DNA of 21,491 nucleotides from Methanocellales archaeon (GCA_038850285.1 JAWCMA010000014.1:5863-27353); one strand, 5' to 3'; shown: positions 1-9,680, counted from the stretch's first letter. Notes: a model not told the origin generated them from the letters alone. Program-made: numbers and translations.

Positions 1-69
1 GAAATGAAAATGAAAAAGGAAAAAGGAAAAAGGAAAAGTATTTGAATATGTATCTAAAATTTAAAAATT

Positions 70-161
70 GGGAGTGGTACTGGGAATAAAGATCTCAATG
101 CTTGATAAGCATTTAGATCTCAGAAGTCAGGACCTCTAGGATATGGGCGTCCACCACTCCC
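70..161 (+). ncRNA. Candidate structured leader or sRNA (three-way junction), family not recognised
   Basis: GGGAGTGGT (70-78) pairs perfectly with ACCACTCCC (153-161). Inner hairpin AGATCT-C-AATGCTT-GAT-AAGCATT-T-AGATCT (90-120); third arm GGAC (130-133)/GTCC (149-152). TATA-like TTTGAATA at 41-48. Confidence 0.4.
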
Positions 162-175
162 CCTAGTTGGTTTTA

Positions 176-787
176 ATGAGAGAACTGCTGTGCTTTAACT
201 GTGGAGAACAAACACTGCATACAGAGGTAAGTAGATTTCTCTTTAAATGCATGGAATGCGGTGCGATTCGCGCTGGGGATATTCAAAGGAGAAAGCCATT
301 GAAGGTCAAATTGATAATAAGCGAATTGGATAAATCTAGATGCAGCTCCCTTGAGCTCAAGCCAGAGGAAGTGGTTAAAATAGGTGAGGAATTAGCTGTT
401 GAGGAGCAGAATGAGGTCAAGGTTGTGGAGATCACTGCTATTGAAAAAAAAGCTGGAGAGCGAGGGAAGCTCGCAATTGCAAGTGAAATAGCTTGCCTGT
501 GGGGGAGAGCTATAAGTGAAATTACAGTGAAAATTGCTATTCAAGAGAAAGGAGTAACGCGCTCTATAAGTGTTAAAGTACCTGGGGATAGAGAGTTCGC
601 TGTGGGTGAAAGAACCAAAATTGCTGGGGAAGAACTTGAGATCACTGCGATTAAAATTAGAAAAGGCAGGATGATGAAGCGCGAGGGAAGCGCAGCGCTT
701 GCGAGGAATATTAAGAGGATTTTCTCAAAGCCATTAGGAACTAGAACTACAAGAACTACAAAGGACACTTCTCGGGGAAAAGCTTGA
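176..787 (+). CDS. HVO_0476-family zinc-finger protein
   Basis: N-terminal CFNC...H...CMEC zinc ribbon followed by two repeated beta-rich modules (VEITAIEK / LEITAIKIR...IKRIF). ATG at 176 preferred over TTG at 167. Confidence 0.75.
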   Translation: MRELLCFNCGEQTLHTEVSRFLFKCMECGAIRAGDIQRRKPLKVKLIISELDKSRCSSLELKPEEVVKIGEELAVEEQNEVKVVEITAIEKKAGERGKLAIASEIACLWGRAISEITVKIAIQEKGVTRSISVKVPGDREFAVGERTKIAGEELEITAIKIRKGRMMKREGSAALARNIKRIFSKPLGTRTTRTTKDTSRGKA

Positions 788-1010
788 AAAATATTATGAT
801 ATAGCCCATTACAAGCATTAATAGCGATAGAATCCAAGCCCACTTTAACATAGCCACTCTAGCGCTTGGGGTGAAAAAAGCAGCTAGCTTTGCCTCAAAG
901 GTATCAGCCCTAGGAACCTGCCACCAGTATCGCTTCTTGCGCTCTTCCTCGCTGAGCGTTAAAGCCTCTTTTAAAACTCTTTCAAGCTCAGTTTCTCTAG
1001 GATTCATCAT
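756..1010 (-). CDS. Small membrane protein, hypothetical (84 aa)
   Basis: ATG start after an AT-rich intergenic region; charged N-terminal helix and one hydrophobic segment (WAWILSLLMLVMGYIIIFF). Its 3' end overlaps the convergent gene by 32 nt. Confidence 0.6.
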   Translation of the reverse strand: MMNPRETELERVLKEALTLSEEERKKRYWWQVPRADTFEAKLAAFFTPSARVAMLKWAWILSLLMLVMGYIIIFFKLFPEKCPL

Positions 1011-1088
1011 TTTTAATTAGAAAAGAATATTAATAAACATTTTCAAAAATTTTAAGTCCTCGAAGAGCAAATAATTCTTGGGATTGAG

Positions 1089-1190
1089 ATGAATATATAT
1101 ATGCAAGCATTATTGATTGCAACAGCTATGGTTACAATAGGTGCAATAATAATGGCAATTCTTCTAATGATGGGAGGGGCACCGCATTAA
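1089..1190 (+). CDS. 33-aa single-helix membrane microprotein (not in ORF track)
   Basis: Manual translation MNIYMQALLIATAMVTIGAIIMAILLMMGGAPH*. Fills the gap before the atpD stop; purine-rich GGATTGAG immediately upstream. Confidence 0.55.
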   Translation: MNIYMQALLIATAMVTIGAIIMAILLMMGGAPH

Positions 1191-1198
1191 GCAGCACA

Positions 1199-1825
1199 TT
1201 AAGCAGCGGTTTTGAGCTTCTTAAGTCTAATTATATTTTCGCGCTCCATTTCCTCAAGTCTGAAGTTGATATAAGCCGCTGCTTCCTTAAGCTCTGGTAT
1301 TACCCTATACTCAAGTGCATTTACCCTGCGCTTAGTTTTCTCGATTTCATCGAGCAATCGCTTCATAGCAGTTTCAATTTCCGCTGCTGCTATTACCTTC
1401 TCCAGAAGAGCTTCATAGGCATAAGCAGCTTCATCGATCCTTGAACTAGTGCCAATAATTCCATATCCACGCTGGAAGAGATGCTTTTTAACCCCAGCGG
1501 CTTCGATTTTAGGCACCACCACGCCCATTACACTTTTGCTATCCAACTCAATTTGAGGTCTATCTCGCATTGCAAATGAAGCTGATTTCACAGCCACTTG
1601 CCCGTCAACCGCTCTTGCTATGGAGATCTTCTCCTCAGCAATGGCATAGGCTTTCTGCAGCTCAGTTCTAATATCTTTGGCTTTCTCAAGGATTTCAAAG
1701 AATTCCAGGATTAATCCATCTCTCTTCATCTTAAGCAGCTTATAGCCAGTTTCAGAGAGCTTGATTCGCTTTTTAAGCATTATGAGCTCGCTTCTAGTTG
1801 GCTTAACTGTATCCTTTATTGCCAT
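1199..1825 (-). CDS. atpD: A/V-type ATP synthase subunit D
   Basis: KPTRSEL...GYKLLKMKRDGL and EIEKTKRRVNALE motifs; last gene of the operon. Confidence 0.97.
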   Translation of the reverse strand: MAIKDTVKPTRSELIMLKKRIKLSETGYKLLKMKRDGLILEFFEILEKAKDIRTELQKAYAIAEEKISIARAVDGQVAVKSASFAMRDRPQIELDSKSVMGVVVPKIEAAGVKKHLFQRGYGIIGTSSRIDEAAYAYEALLEKVIAAAEIETAMKRLLDEIEKTKRRVNALEYRVIPELKEAAAYINFRLEEMERENIIRLKKLKTAA

Positions 1826-1841
1826 TGCATCCCCCTACGCC

Positions 1842-3241
1842 CTACGCAGGTGCAGCAGCTGGCTTGGGTTCTTCCTTCTTGCCCTTGTATGCAGGATGAT
1901 ACTTCTTGATCAATTCATCTGGAATTCTAGTTAACTCTGTAACTGGAAGCGTCGCAAGCAATTCCCAACCTAGATCAAGAGTATAGAATATATCTCTATC
2001 CTCCTCCTTGCCCTGTCTCACGAATTTATCCTCGTAGAGGTCAGCGAATTCCAAGAACTTTCTATCGCGCTCTGAAAGCGCTTCTTTACCTATAATTGCT
2101 ACTAGGCCGCGGAGGTCAACGCCTTCTGCATAGGCAGCATACAACTGATCCGCTACTGCTCTATGATCCTCTCTAGTTTTACCGTGCTTCCCAAGTCCTC
2201 TGCCTATTCCAGCATTCATCAATCTAGAGAGAGAGGGCAATACATTTATAGGTGGATAGATACCGCGCATGTGCAGCTCTCTCGAGAGTACAATCTGTCC
2301 CTCAGTAATATAGCCAGTGAGATCGGGAATTGGATGGGTATTGGGAATTGCGTTATTGAGCCTCTCTTTCCTTCAACTATGCCTGCGCGTTCATAGTTAG
2401 TTGCTAGATCGGTATACATATAGCCCGGGTAGCCCCTTCGCCCAGGTACTTCTTCTCTAGCAGCGCCTATCTGGCGGAGGGCTTCACAGTAATTGGTCAT
2501 ATCCGTGTAGATAACCAGCACGTGATAGTCCAATTCATAGGCTAGATATTCAGCGGTAGTTAGTGCTAATCTAGGGGCAAGCAATCGCTCTATAGCTGGA
2601 TCGTCTGCTAGATTCAAGAATACCACTGCTCGCTCCAGCGCACCTGTGCGGCGGAAGTCATCCATGAATATCGTAGCCTCTTCCGCAGTGATACCTAAAG
2701 CGCAGAAGATCACTGCAAAGGGCTCTACAGCGCCAGGCACTTTAGCTTGCCTGGCAATCTGCAGAGCAATTTCATTATGAGGCAGCCCTGAGCAGGAAAA
2801 GATAGGTAGCTTCTGGCCTCTCACCAGTGAGTTCATCCCATCTATGGAGGAGATTCCAGTTTGAATGAAATCGCGAGGAGGTCTTCGAGCAGAGGGATTG
2901 ATGGCTGCGCCCACGATTTCAAGGCGCTTATCAGGCACAATCCTAGGTCCTCCATCTAGGGGATCGCCTGATCCAGATAGAATTCTGCCTAGGATATCTC
3001 TGGATACCGGCATTTTAATGGTCTCGCCGAGGAAGCGCACTCCACAGTCTTTATCGATGCGCGAGGTGCCCTCGAATACTTGTACAACTACAACTTTTTC
3101 AGAGGTATCAAGTACTTGACCGCGCTTTATAGTGCCATCTGCAAGCGCGATGTGAACTAGCTCTCCATAGCCCACTGGCTCGGTTTTCTCCACGAATACC
3201 AGCGGGCCTGCAATTTGCGTTATGGTTTTATATTCCTTCAT
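1842..3241 (-). pseudogene. atpB: A/V-type ATP synthase subunit B, frameshifted at ~2340 by an apparent 25-nt deletion (real lesion or assembly error)
   Basis: First frame has RGQKLPIFS and [19 protein letters not shown] up to GSITQFPI. It continues in another frame as [41 protein letters not shown]. The span is 1400 nt, not a multiple of 3. Confidence 0.93.
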
Positions 3242-3250
3242 TTTGCCACC

Positions 3251-5005
3251 TCACTCTGCCTTCATCTTTCGGAATTCCTCTTCCATTACCTTGGCTGCGC
3301 TTTCAATGTAAGAGTGGTACTCCGGCTGGAATTTTGCTTTTGAAAGCATAACTTTTGCTTCACTTGCCTTAATCTTATCTAGAGGTATACCTGAAGCGAG
3401 CGCTGCTTTAGCGGTATCTCCCCAGGCGAGGATTGCCTTGAGCATTTCATATTGCTTTTTAACCTCGCAATAGGTATCTACATCGTGGAAAGCACTCTGC
3501 TGGAGATAGTAATCGCGTATCATTCGAGCGATTTCAAGCAAAAGCTGCTGATCCTCAGGTAAAGCATCTGCACCTACTAATTGAACAATCGCTTGAAGCT
3601 CAGCCTCTCTACCTAGGATCTCCATTGCTCTTGCAACGAGAGTGCTCCACTCTGGAGAGACATTTTGAGAGAACCACTTGCGGAGTACGTCTTGATATAA
3701 GCTATAGCTTATGAGCCAGTTTATAGCTGGGAAGTGCCTTCTATAAGCAAGTTTAGCATCAAGTGCCCAGAATACCTTTACAATGCGCAGCGTACCTTGA
3801 GAAACTGGTTCAGAGAGGTCGCCGCCTGGTGGGCTGACTGCTCCAAGTACAGTTACCGAGCCCTCTCTTCCATTGAGGGTTATAACTCTACCTGATCGCT
3901 CGTAGAATTCAGCTAGCTTTGCAGCTAGATAAGCTGGATAGCCTTCTTCACCTGGCATTTCTTCAAGGCGGGAGGAGATCTCTCTCATTGCCTCTGCCCA
4001 TCTGGAAGTTGAATCTGCCATTAGCGCTACATCATAGCCCATGTCTCTATAGTATTCTGCAATTGTAATACCAGTGTAAACCGAGGCTTCTCTAGCTGCC
4101 ACAGGCATATTTGAGGTATTTGCTATGAGCACTGTGCGATACATCAATGGCTTACCCGTGTAGGGATCTATGAGGTGGGGAAATTCAGTTAACACTTCTG
4201 TCATTTCATTGCCTCTTTCCCCGCAGCCGATGTATACCACTATTTTTGCATCGCTCCACTTGGCGAATTGATGAAGCATCACCGTTTTACCGGATCCAAA
4301 GGGACCTGGAATTGCCGCGGTGCCGCCTTTAGCTACTGGGAATAAAGTGTCAAATATCCTTTGCCCGGTTATAAGCGGGACATCTGGAAGCAGCTTCTCC
4401 TTAAATGGTCTAGCTAATCTAGTTGGCCATTTATGCATCATCTTGATCTCGGTGCCATCTTCAAGTATGCATATTGTTTCTTCAACTGTGAATTTACCAT
4501 CCTTGATTTCCTTTACCTTGCCCCCTGAAATATTGGGTGGAATCATTATTCTATGTTCAATGGTCTCAGTTTCTTGAACAGTGCCAATGATATCTCCAGC
4601 TTTTACCTCCTGTCCTTTTTTAACAACTGGCACGAATTCCCATTTCTTCTTTCTATCTATTCCATCTGCATAAATCCCGCGAGAAATGAAATTTCCAGCT
4701 CTTTCCACTAGAATTGGCAGAGGCCTTTGAACTCCATCGTAGATAGAGGTAAGCAAGCCTGGTCCTAATTCAACTGATAGAGGCAAGCCTGTATTCTCAA
4801 TAGGGTCACCTGGCTTTAGTCCTGAAGTATCCTCGTAAACTTGAATGATAACTTTATCCTCTACTATTTGTATCACTTCCCCCATCAATTTCTCATGACC
4901 CACTCTAACTAGGTCATACATGCTCGCGAACATACCAATAGCTGTGACCACAGGTCCAGACACGCGGTAAATTTTTCCAATCAATTTTTCTTTCCCATCC
5001 GCCAT
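3251..5005 (-). CDS. atpA: A/V-type ATP synthase catalytic subunit A
   Basis: P-loop [17 protein letters not shown] and [13 protein letters not shown]; 584 aa with no intein. Confidence 0.98.
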   Translation of the reverse strand: MADGKEKLIGKIYRVSGPVVTAIGMFASMYDLVRVGHEKLMGEVIQIVEDKVIIQVYEDTSGLKPGDPIENTGLPLSVELGPGLLTSIYDGVQRPLPILVERAGNFISRGIYADGIDRKKKWEFVPVVKKGQEVKAGDIIGTVQETETIEHRIMIPPNISGGKVKEIKDGKFTVEETICILEDGTEIKMMHKWPTRLARPFKEKLLPDVPLITGQRIFDTLFPVAKGGTAAIPGPFGSGKTVMLHQFAKWSDAKIVVYIGCGERGNEMTEVLTEFPHLIDPYTGKPLMYRTVLIANTSNMPVAAREASVYTGITIAEYYRDMGYDVALMADSTSRWAEAMREISSRLEEMPGEEGYPAYLAAKLAEFYERSGRVITLNGREGSVTVLGAVSPPGGDLSEPVSQGTLRIVKVFWALDAKLAYRRHFPAINWLISYSLYQDVLRKWFSQNVSPEWSTLVARAMEILGREAELQAIVQLVGADALPEDQQLLLEIARMIRDYYLQQSAFHDVDTYCEVKKQYEMLKAILAWGDTAKAALASGIPLDKIKASEAKVMLSKAKFQPEYHSYIESAAKVMEEEFRKMKAE

Positions 5006-5060
5006 ATTCCATACACTCCTTTTGTGATTTTATTTTTGATTTATTAATTTGAAATCGAAT

Positions 5061-5366
5061 TCACTTTCTCCATAGGTCAACTCCCACTGCTCTTCGAATT
5101 TTCTCCCTCAAACTAACTGCTTCTTCTTTTCCACCTATTGTTAATACCGTGGGTTGAATGGATTCATCTAGTCTTCTCTTAAGCATGGGAGAGAATTTTT
5201 CAACATCATCTTGATTCAATACTAGTATACCTACGTTTTCATCTTCTAGCACGCGATGAACGCATTCCACTAGGTCTTCACTGGTTTCAACTTCATAGAC
5301 TTTTCTAACGCCAGTTAATCTAAATCCCGTGACAAATTCACTTCTACCCACAATTGCAATCTCCAT
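5061..5366 (-). CDS. atpF: A/V-type ATP synthase subunit F
   Basis: MEIAIVG..FVTGFRLTGV...LREKIRRAVGVDLW; operon position. Confidence 0.96.
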   Translation of the reverse strand: MEIAIVGRSEFVTGFRLTGVRKVYEVETSEDLVECVHRVLEDENVGILVLNQDDVEKFSPMLKRRLDESIQPTVLTIGGKEEAVSLREKIRRAVGVDLWRK

Positions 5367-6520
5367 TAAATCACCAGCTGTTTCTTTATGGTATCAGTTG
5401 AGAGCCTGGTTTCTTTACCTCTTGCAATTACCCGTAAATTATAAACCTCTGCATTCTTCCTCACCATATACCAGAGCACTGGAGCTATGGAGAGTGGGAA
5501 TTCATAGGAAATTGTTCGAGCGGTGTTGATCAATATCTTTTCCAGGGCAATTTCCACTTCATTTAAGGAGCCAGTGGCTTCAATGGTAGCGATTGCATCA
5601 GCTAGATCTAGGTAGTAATAAGTTTCAGCTAGCATTGCTGTGAACTCAGCGAAGGAATGGGCACTTGCAAGTCTGCTGAGCTGCTCCACCCCAAGCCTCA
5701 GACCTCCCTCTATCATGTATTTCATTACTTCCGCGGGTTCAAGGGCTTCACGCTTCAATCTAAATAGGGTTTTGAGATTAACAATGTCGATCTCAGTTCT
5801 AAAGTACTCCAGAAACATTCGTAGGGAACTCGGGATGAAGAAACTTATTAAAGTAGTTCCCATTTCCCCAGGATGTGGAACTTTACCCTTCACTGCTTCT
5901 ATGTCTTCGAATACTGAGGAATAATAAGCTTTATCCAGAGCATTTTCAAGTGGGGCTAGCATCTTAGTTTGGTCAAATTCCTCCTTTGCCATTGCAAGCG
6001 GTGGATAGAAATTGGAGCGCTTTACTCGGAGTTCTTCGATTATTTCCTCAATTGAGCCTAGTTTTGCTAGGTATATAAGATAGTCGATTGTTAAATCCCC
6101 CGCGGGTATAATTGTTTGCAGAATTTCATCGAGGCTAGCGTGATAGTATTTACCTCTAATTATAGACTTCAAGCTCCAGACATCAAATCTACGTAGGTAG
6201 GCTGAGACTAGAAGCGAGAGTTCTCCCTCTGAGAAGCCAAGTATGGTTTTAAAGGTTCTAGCTAGATTTAGGTTTAAAGCAAGTTCAAGTAAATCTATGC
6301 CTGAGAATCTCGCTGCAAGCTCATCGATCTCCCGCTTATATTCGCTTTCCTCTAAAAATCTAGCGATCTCAGATATATCCATCTGCAGCAGCTTTGTATA
6401 TTGCTCAGCGGGTAAAAGTCTGCTTCTCATCGCTCCTATTCTAGCAACTGCATATGGATAGTTTGATCTTTTTCGCCGGGAGGGAATTCTCGCTTTTGCT
6501 TTACTTGGGAATACTGGCAA
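5366..6520 (-). CDS. atpC: A/V-type ATP synthase subunit C
   Basis: NYPYAVARIGAMRSRLL, EIDIVNLKTLFR, EVYNLRVIARGK; TTG start with GGTGA RBS. Confidence 0.95.
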   Translation of the reverse strand: MPVFPSKAKARIPSRRKRSNYPYAVARIGAMRSRLLPAEQYTKLLQMDISEIARFLEESEYKREIDELAARFSGIDLLELALNLNLARTFKTILGFSEGELSLLVSAYLRRFDVWSLKSIIRGKYYHASLDEILQTIIPAGDLTIDYLIYLAKLGSIEEIIEELRVKRSNFYPPLAMAKEEFDQTKMLAPLENALDKAYYSSVFEDIEAVKGKVPHPGEMGTTLISFFIPSSLRMFLEYFRTEIDIVNLKTLFRLKREALEPAEVMKYMIEGGLRLGVEQLSRLASAHSFAEFTAMLAETYYYLDLADAIATIEATGSLNEVEIALEKILINTARTISYEFPLSIAPVLWYMVRKNAEVYNLRVIARGKETRLSTDTIKKQLVI

Positions 6521-6524
6521 GCTT

Positions 6525-7085
6525 TCACCTGCTGAATAATATATTGGCTATTTGCCTTACATTTTTCTCCCAAATTGAGCTGAGTAATGTTTCATAGGTG
6601 TAATCAAGTTTAATGGTTTTATCGCTGCTTTCAATCACCACTCCGCCTATGCAATTTATAGTTCCAGCGAATTCCAAGTTGCTCATTTGCTTCACAAATT
6701 CAGCATCCCCCTGGGAGCAGTAAATGCGTCCATTTCCCACCTCTCGTATGCCTTTCTGGATTAGTGCTTTAAGCAATCGCTCCTTTTTCTCCATTGGTAG
6801 GTTTCGAAGTCTCTCCATTGCTTGGGCATATACTTGGTCAAGTGCCTCTTTTTCACTAGTTAGCTTGATCTTCTTAACCTCTAGCTTGGCACTTGCAATT
6901 TCTCTAGTGCGAATTTTCTCCACAATTCTAGCTATCTCAGCTTCTTTATTAGCCTTAATCTTCGCTGCTTCTTCTCTAGCTTGCTTTAAAATAGGCTCTG
7001 CTTCTGCTGCTCCCTCTGCTTTTATCTTTTCTGCTTCTTCCTTTCCCTTCTCTAAGATATCTGCGACTACTTTTTCCAGTCCCAT
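6525..7085 (-). CDS. atpE: A/V-type ATP synthase subunit E
   Basis: MGLEKVVADILEKG coiled coil and C-terminal IGGVVIES...LDYTYE. Confidence 0.95.
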   Translation of the reverse strand: MGLEKVVADILEKGKEEAEKIKAEGAAEAEPILKQAREEAAKIKANKEAEIARIVEKIRTREIASAKLEVKKIKLTSEKEALDQVYAQAMERLRNLPMEKKERLLKALIQKGIREVGNGRIYCSQGDAEFVKQMSNLEFAGTINCIGGVVIESSDKTIKLDYTYETLLSSIWEKNVRQIANILFSR

Positions 7086-7109
7086 GGCTATCCCTAATTT
7101 TTATGGGCT

Positions 7110-7322
7110 CTATGTGAATAGCAGTAGAATTGCAACTACCAAGCCGAAGATCACTATGGTTTCTGGAATAACTGTCAGGATCAAGCCTTTGCCGAATAGC
7201 TCTTCCTTCTCAGCCATCGCTCCAATTGCAGCAGCACCTATGTTCATCTCAGCTATGCCCGATGCGAATCCAGTTGCGCCTACCGCTATTGCAGCGGAAA
7301 GTGCTACTATTGCTTCTACCAT
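7110..7322 (-). CDS. atpK: A-type ATP synthase subunit K/c (single-hairpin proteolipid)
   Basis: Two hydrophobic helices; ion-binding Glu in IPETIVIFG and helix-1 Glu in AEMNIG. Confidence 0.96.
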   Translation of the reverse strand: MVEAIVALSAAIAVGATGFASGIAEMNIGAAAIGAMAEKEELFGKGLILTVIPETIVIFGLVVAILLLFT

Positions 7323-7325
7323 ATT

Positions 7326-9305
7326 TTATTCCTCCGTATATTTTCTTATATATCCAAATGGACTGTATTTCTTTCCCCCGCCTTTGTAGAACTTGGTGAA
7401 GAACTCCACATAGTGCAATCTTAAGGCATGTAATCCGGGGGCAAGTATGCCTAAGAGTGCATTCAGAGCATGCATAGATATGAATGTGAATAGACCTAGA
7501 ATTAAGAATACTATATCCCCTGGATGGGCTTTTATGCACATATCAATGGCCATCATATTCGTGGCATAAGCTATGAATACTGAGGATAATCCAACAGCGC
7601 AAAGCCTAGTATAGGATAAGCAATTGCTCATTATACCTGGGATATGAACGAGTCCCATGCCACCTTCTCCTAGGACGATCATTATAACTCCAACTATAGC
7701 AATCACCCCGCCTGCTAGGAAAACTGGGTCTGAAGTTGGCATTGGATGCTTTTCAATCATTGCAGGCACAGCTTTCAGACCTGCCATTACGCCGCCGACT
7801 AATAGCACTATCCAGGAAATTTTCTCTAAAAATGCCTTTTTAAATCCATGATGCTTGATCTCATTTTTGAAACCCGAGGATAGTCCAATTATTAAATGCA
7901 CAACTCCCACTAGTATTGTTACTCCAAGCAGCATTTTTATACCCTCTCCCTCGGCGCGGTCTATTATAGCGTGCCATACAAAGCCACCTACGTGTATGGC
8001 TCCATGGCTAGTTATGGGATCGAAGTTGGGGCCGAAGATCTCTGCGTATACCACTCCCATTATAATTGAGAATACACCTGCATAGATTCCAATTGTGCCT
8101 AGCCATTGGAGCCATTCTTCTTTCGATTTCAGCTTAAGAAAAGCTCCCATTGCTAGGATCATTGCTCCATAGGCTATATCGCCTAGGATTATTCCAAATA
8201 GCAAGGGATAGGTGATGAAGATAATTCCCGTTGGGTCTATCTCCTCATATGTGGGCCTAGAGAAGAGATCGCATAATAATTGTAAGGGTCTAGCAACCTT
8301 TGGATTTTTGTATTCCACTGGAATGTCAGCTGGTGCTGTTGGCGCGTGTTCTTCGTGCTCTTCGTGTATTTTTTCATAGATCTCCAGCTTTTGAACATAA
8401 ACTCTGCCATCTGTTGCCTTTTGAATGTTGCTCTGCAGCAATTCAAATTTCTCAGTTGGAATCCAACCGTCGATTATGAAGGAATTAGCAGTGGTTGCAA
8501 ATCTCAAGGGCGCTTCAGCCTTTTGGGTTTCAATGGATAGATATTCCTCACTGGCTAGGATGAAGGTTGCATATTGTTCTTTGAATTTAACAATTTCCTC
8601 CTCTATCTTAGTCTTTTCTGCAAGCAGGGCTTCTCCTTTCTGCCGGCATTCATTCAATATTTTCTCAGGTAAACCTTCGTATTCTGGTATAGGGATTTCT
8701 TGAAAACCAGCGCCCACTAATACTTCAGCTATTTTAGCTTCAAATTGCTTAGGCACAAATAGCGCTATCATTCTCTGGCCTTCGTAAGAGCCTGTGAAAA
8801 GCTCATATTCCTTCGTTATCTCCTGTACCTTTGGCTCGATGTCCACTCTAACCAAGCCGGCGTAGACTGCTATATTTACATATCCTCTATATAACTGGAA
8901 TTCCAGTGGTAGCACTCCAAATGGCTCTATCTCAGCTTCCTTTGCCGCTAGATCTTTAAGCTCGCTTTCAATTTTATTTCTTTTTTCAAGGAGCTCGCTT
9001 ACCTTGGAGTCGATTTCCGTGAGTTGTTTATCTAGATTTCTAGCAAGTTCCTCTACCTTCAATCTCTGTTCAACTGGCACTTCTGAGATTCCAAGATAAT
9101 TGGAGATAGATCTAAGCTTAAGCAGTTTTTCAGAGGTATAACTTGCTTTTTCCAAGGGCTTACCGATCTTGAAGTAGGGATCGGTTTCCTCTCTAAAATC
9201 AGTTATATGCAGTACATTTAAATCGTGAAGAGTTCCTATTGTTTGGTCAAGGAGCTTGGTGGAGCCGATTATTATTACCTTTGACATCTCCAAGGGCTTG
9301 AACAT
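7326..9305 (-). CDS. atpI: A/V-type ATP synthase subunit I/a
   Basis: Soluble N-terminal domain; EIDPT, SYTRL (essential Arg) and HALRLHYVEFFTKFY. Confidence 0.97.
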   Translation of the reverse strand: MFKPLEMSKVIIIGSTKLLDQTIGTLHDLNVLHITDFREETDPYFKIGKPLEKASYTSEKLLKLRSISNYLGISEVPVEQRLKVEELARNLDKQLTEIDSKVSELLEKRNKIESELKDLAAKEAEIEPFGVLPLEFQLYRGYVNIAVYAGLVRVDIEPKVQEITKEYELFTGSYEGQRMIALFVPKQFEAKIAEVLVGAGFQEIPIPEYEGLPEKILNECRQKGEALLAEKTKIEEEIVKFKEQYATFILASEEYLSIETQKAEAPLRFATTANSFIIDGWIPTEKFELLQSNIQKATDGRVYVQKLEIYEKIHEEHEEHAPTAPADIPVEYKNPKVARPLQLLCDLFSRPTYEEIDPTGIIFITYPLLFGIILGDIAYGAMILAMGAFLKLKSKEEWLQWLGTIGIYAGVFSIIMGVVYAEIFGPNFDPITSHGAIHVGGFVWHAIIDRAEGEGIKMLLGVTILVGVVHLIIGLSSGFKNEIKHHGFKKAFLEKISWIVLLVGGVMAGLKAVPAMIEKHPMPTSDPVFLAGGVIAIVGVIMIVLGEGGMGLVHIPGIMSNCLSYTRLCAVGLSSVFIAYATNMMAIDMCIKAHPGDIVFLILGLFTFISMHALNALLGILAPGLHALRLHYVEFFTKFYKGGGKKYSPFGYIRKYTEE

Positions 9306-9650
9306 TTAATCCATCGCTCCCTCGAATTGTTTAATTAAAAAATCTACTGCTTGAGAAGTTTTCTCTAAAGCGATTTTTTTAAGGGCTTCGGCTTCTTTTT
9401 TACCCTGCTCTATTATCTCCCCCGCTTCTTTTTTCACTTTTTGCTCAGCCTCCCTTAAGCCCTCGGTGCCCATTCGCTCTACTTCTCTCTCAGCTTGCTT
9501 TATGATCTCCGAGGCTTCTTTCCTTGCGTTAAAAATCATTTGCTTTTTTTCCTCTTCCGCTTGGGTAATCATTGCCTTAACTTTTTCCTCAGCTTCTTTC
9601 ACTTGAATAAGCACTTCACTTCTTGATACTATATAACCGCCCCCATACAT
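9306..9650 (-). CDS. atpH: A-type ATP synthase subunit H (peripheral stalk)
   Basis: E/K/A-rich coiled coil; first gene of the H-I-K-E-C-F-A-B-D order. Exact start uncertain. Confidence 0.88.
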   Translation of the reverse strand: MYGGGYIVSRSEVLIQVKEAEEKVKAMITQAEEEKKQMIFNARKEASEIIKQAEREVERMGTEGLREAEQKVKKEAGEIIEQGKKEAEALKKIALEKTSQAVDFLIKQFEGAMD

Positions 9651-9680
9651 CTTCGGATACTTCTTATAACATGCACTTTA

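Noticed and set aside
70-163. tRNA, SECIS or known ribozyme
   Set aside because: No T-loop or anticodon arm, no CUGAUGA/GAAA core, and no in-frame TGA in the adjacent gene.
1842-2270. Separate 142-aa gene, or a programmed frameshift in atpB
   Set aside because: It is the atpB C-terminus, and homology extends upstream to ~2339. Eight conserved codons are physically missing, so recoding could not restore the protein.
3251-5005. Intein in atpA
   Set aside because: The P-loop GSGKTV is uninterrupted and the length is normal.
2163-8703. Plus-strand and alternative-frame ORFs overlapping the atp genes (e.g. 6724-7389, 7249-7539)
   Set aside because: Shadow ORFs of well-supported genes with no independent motifs.
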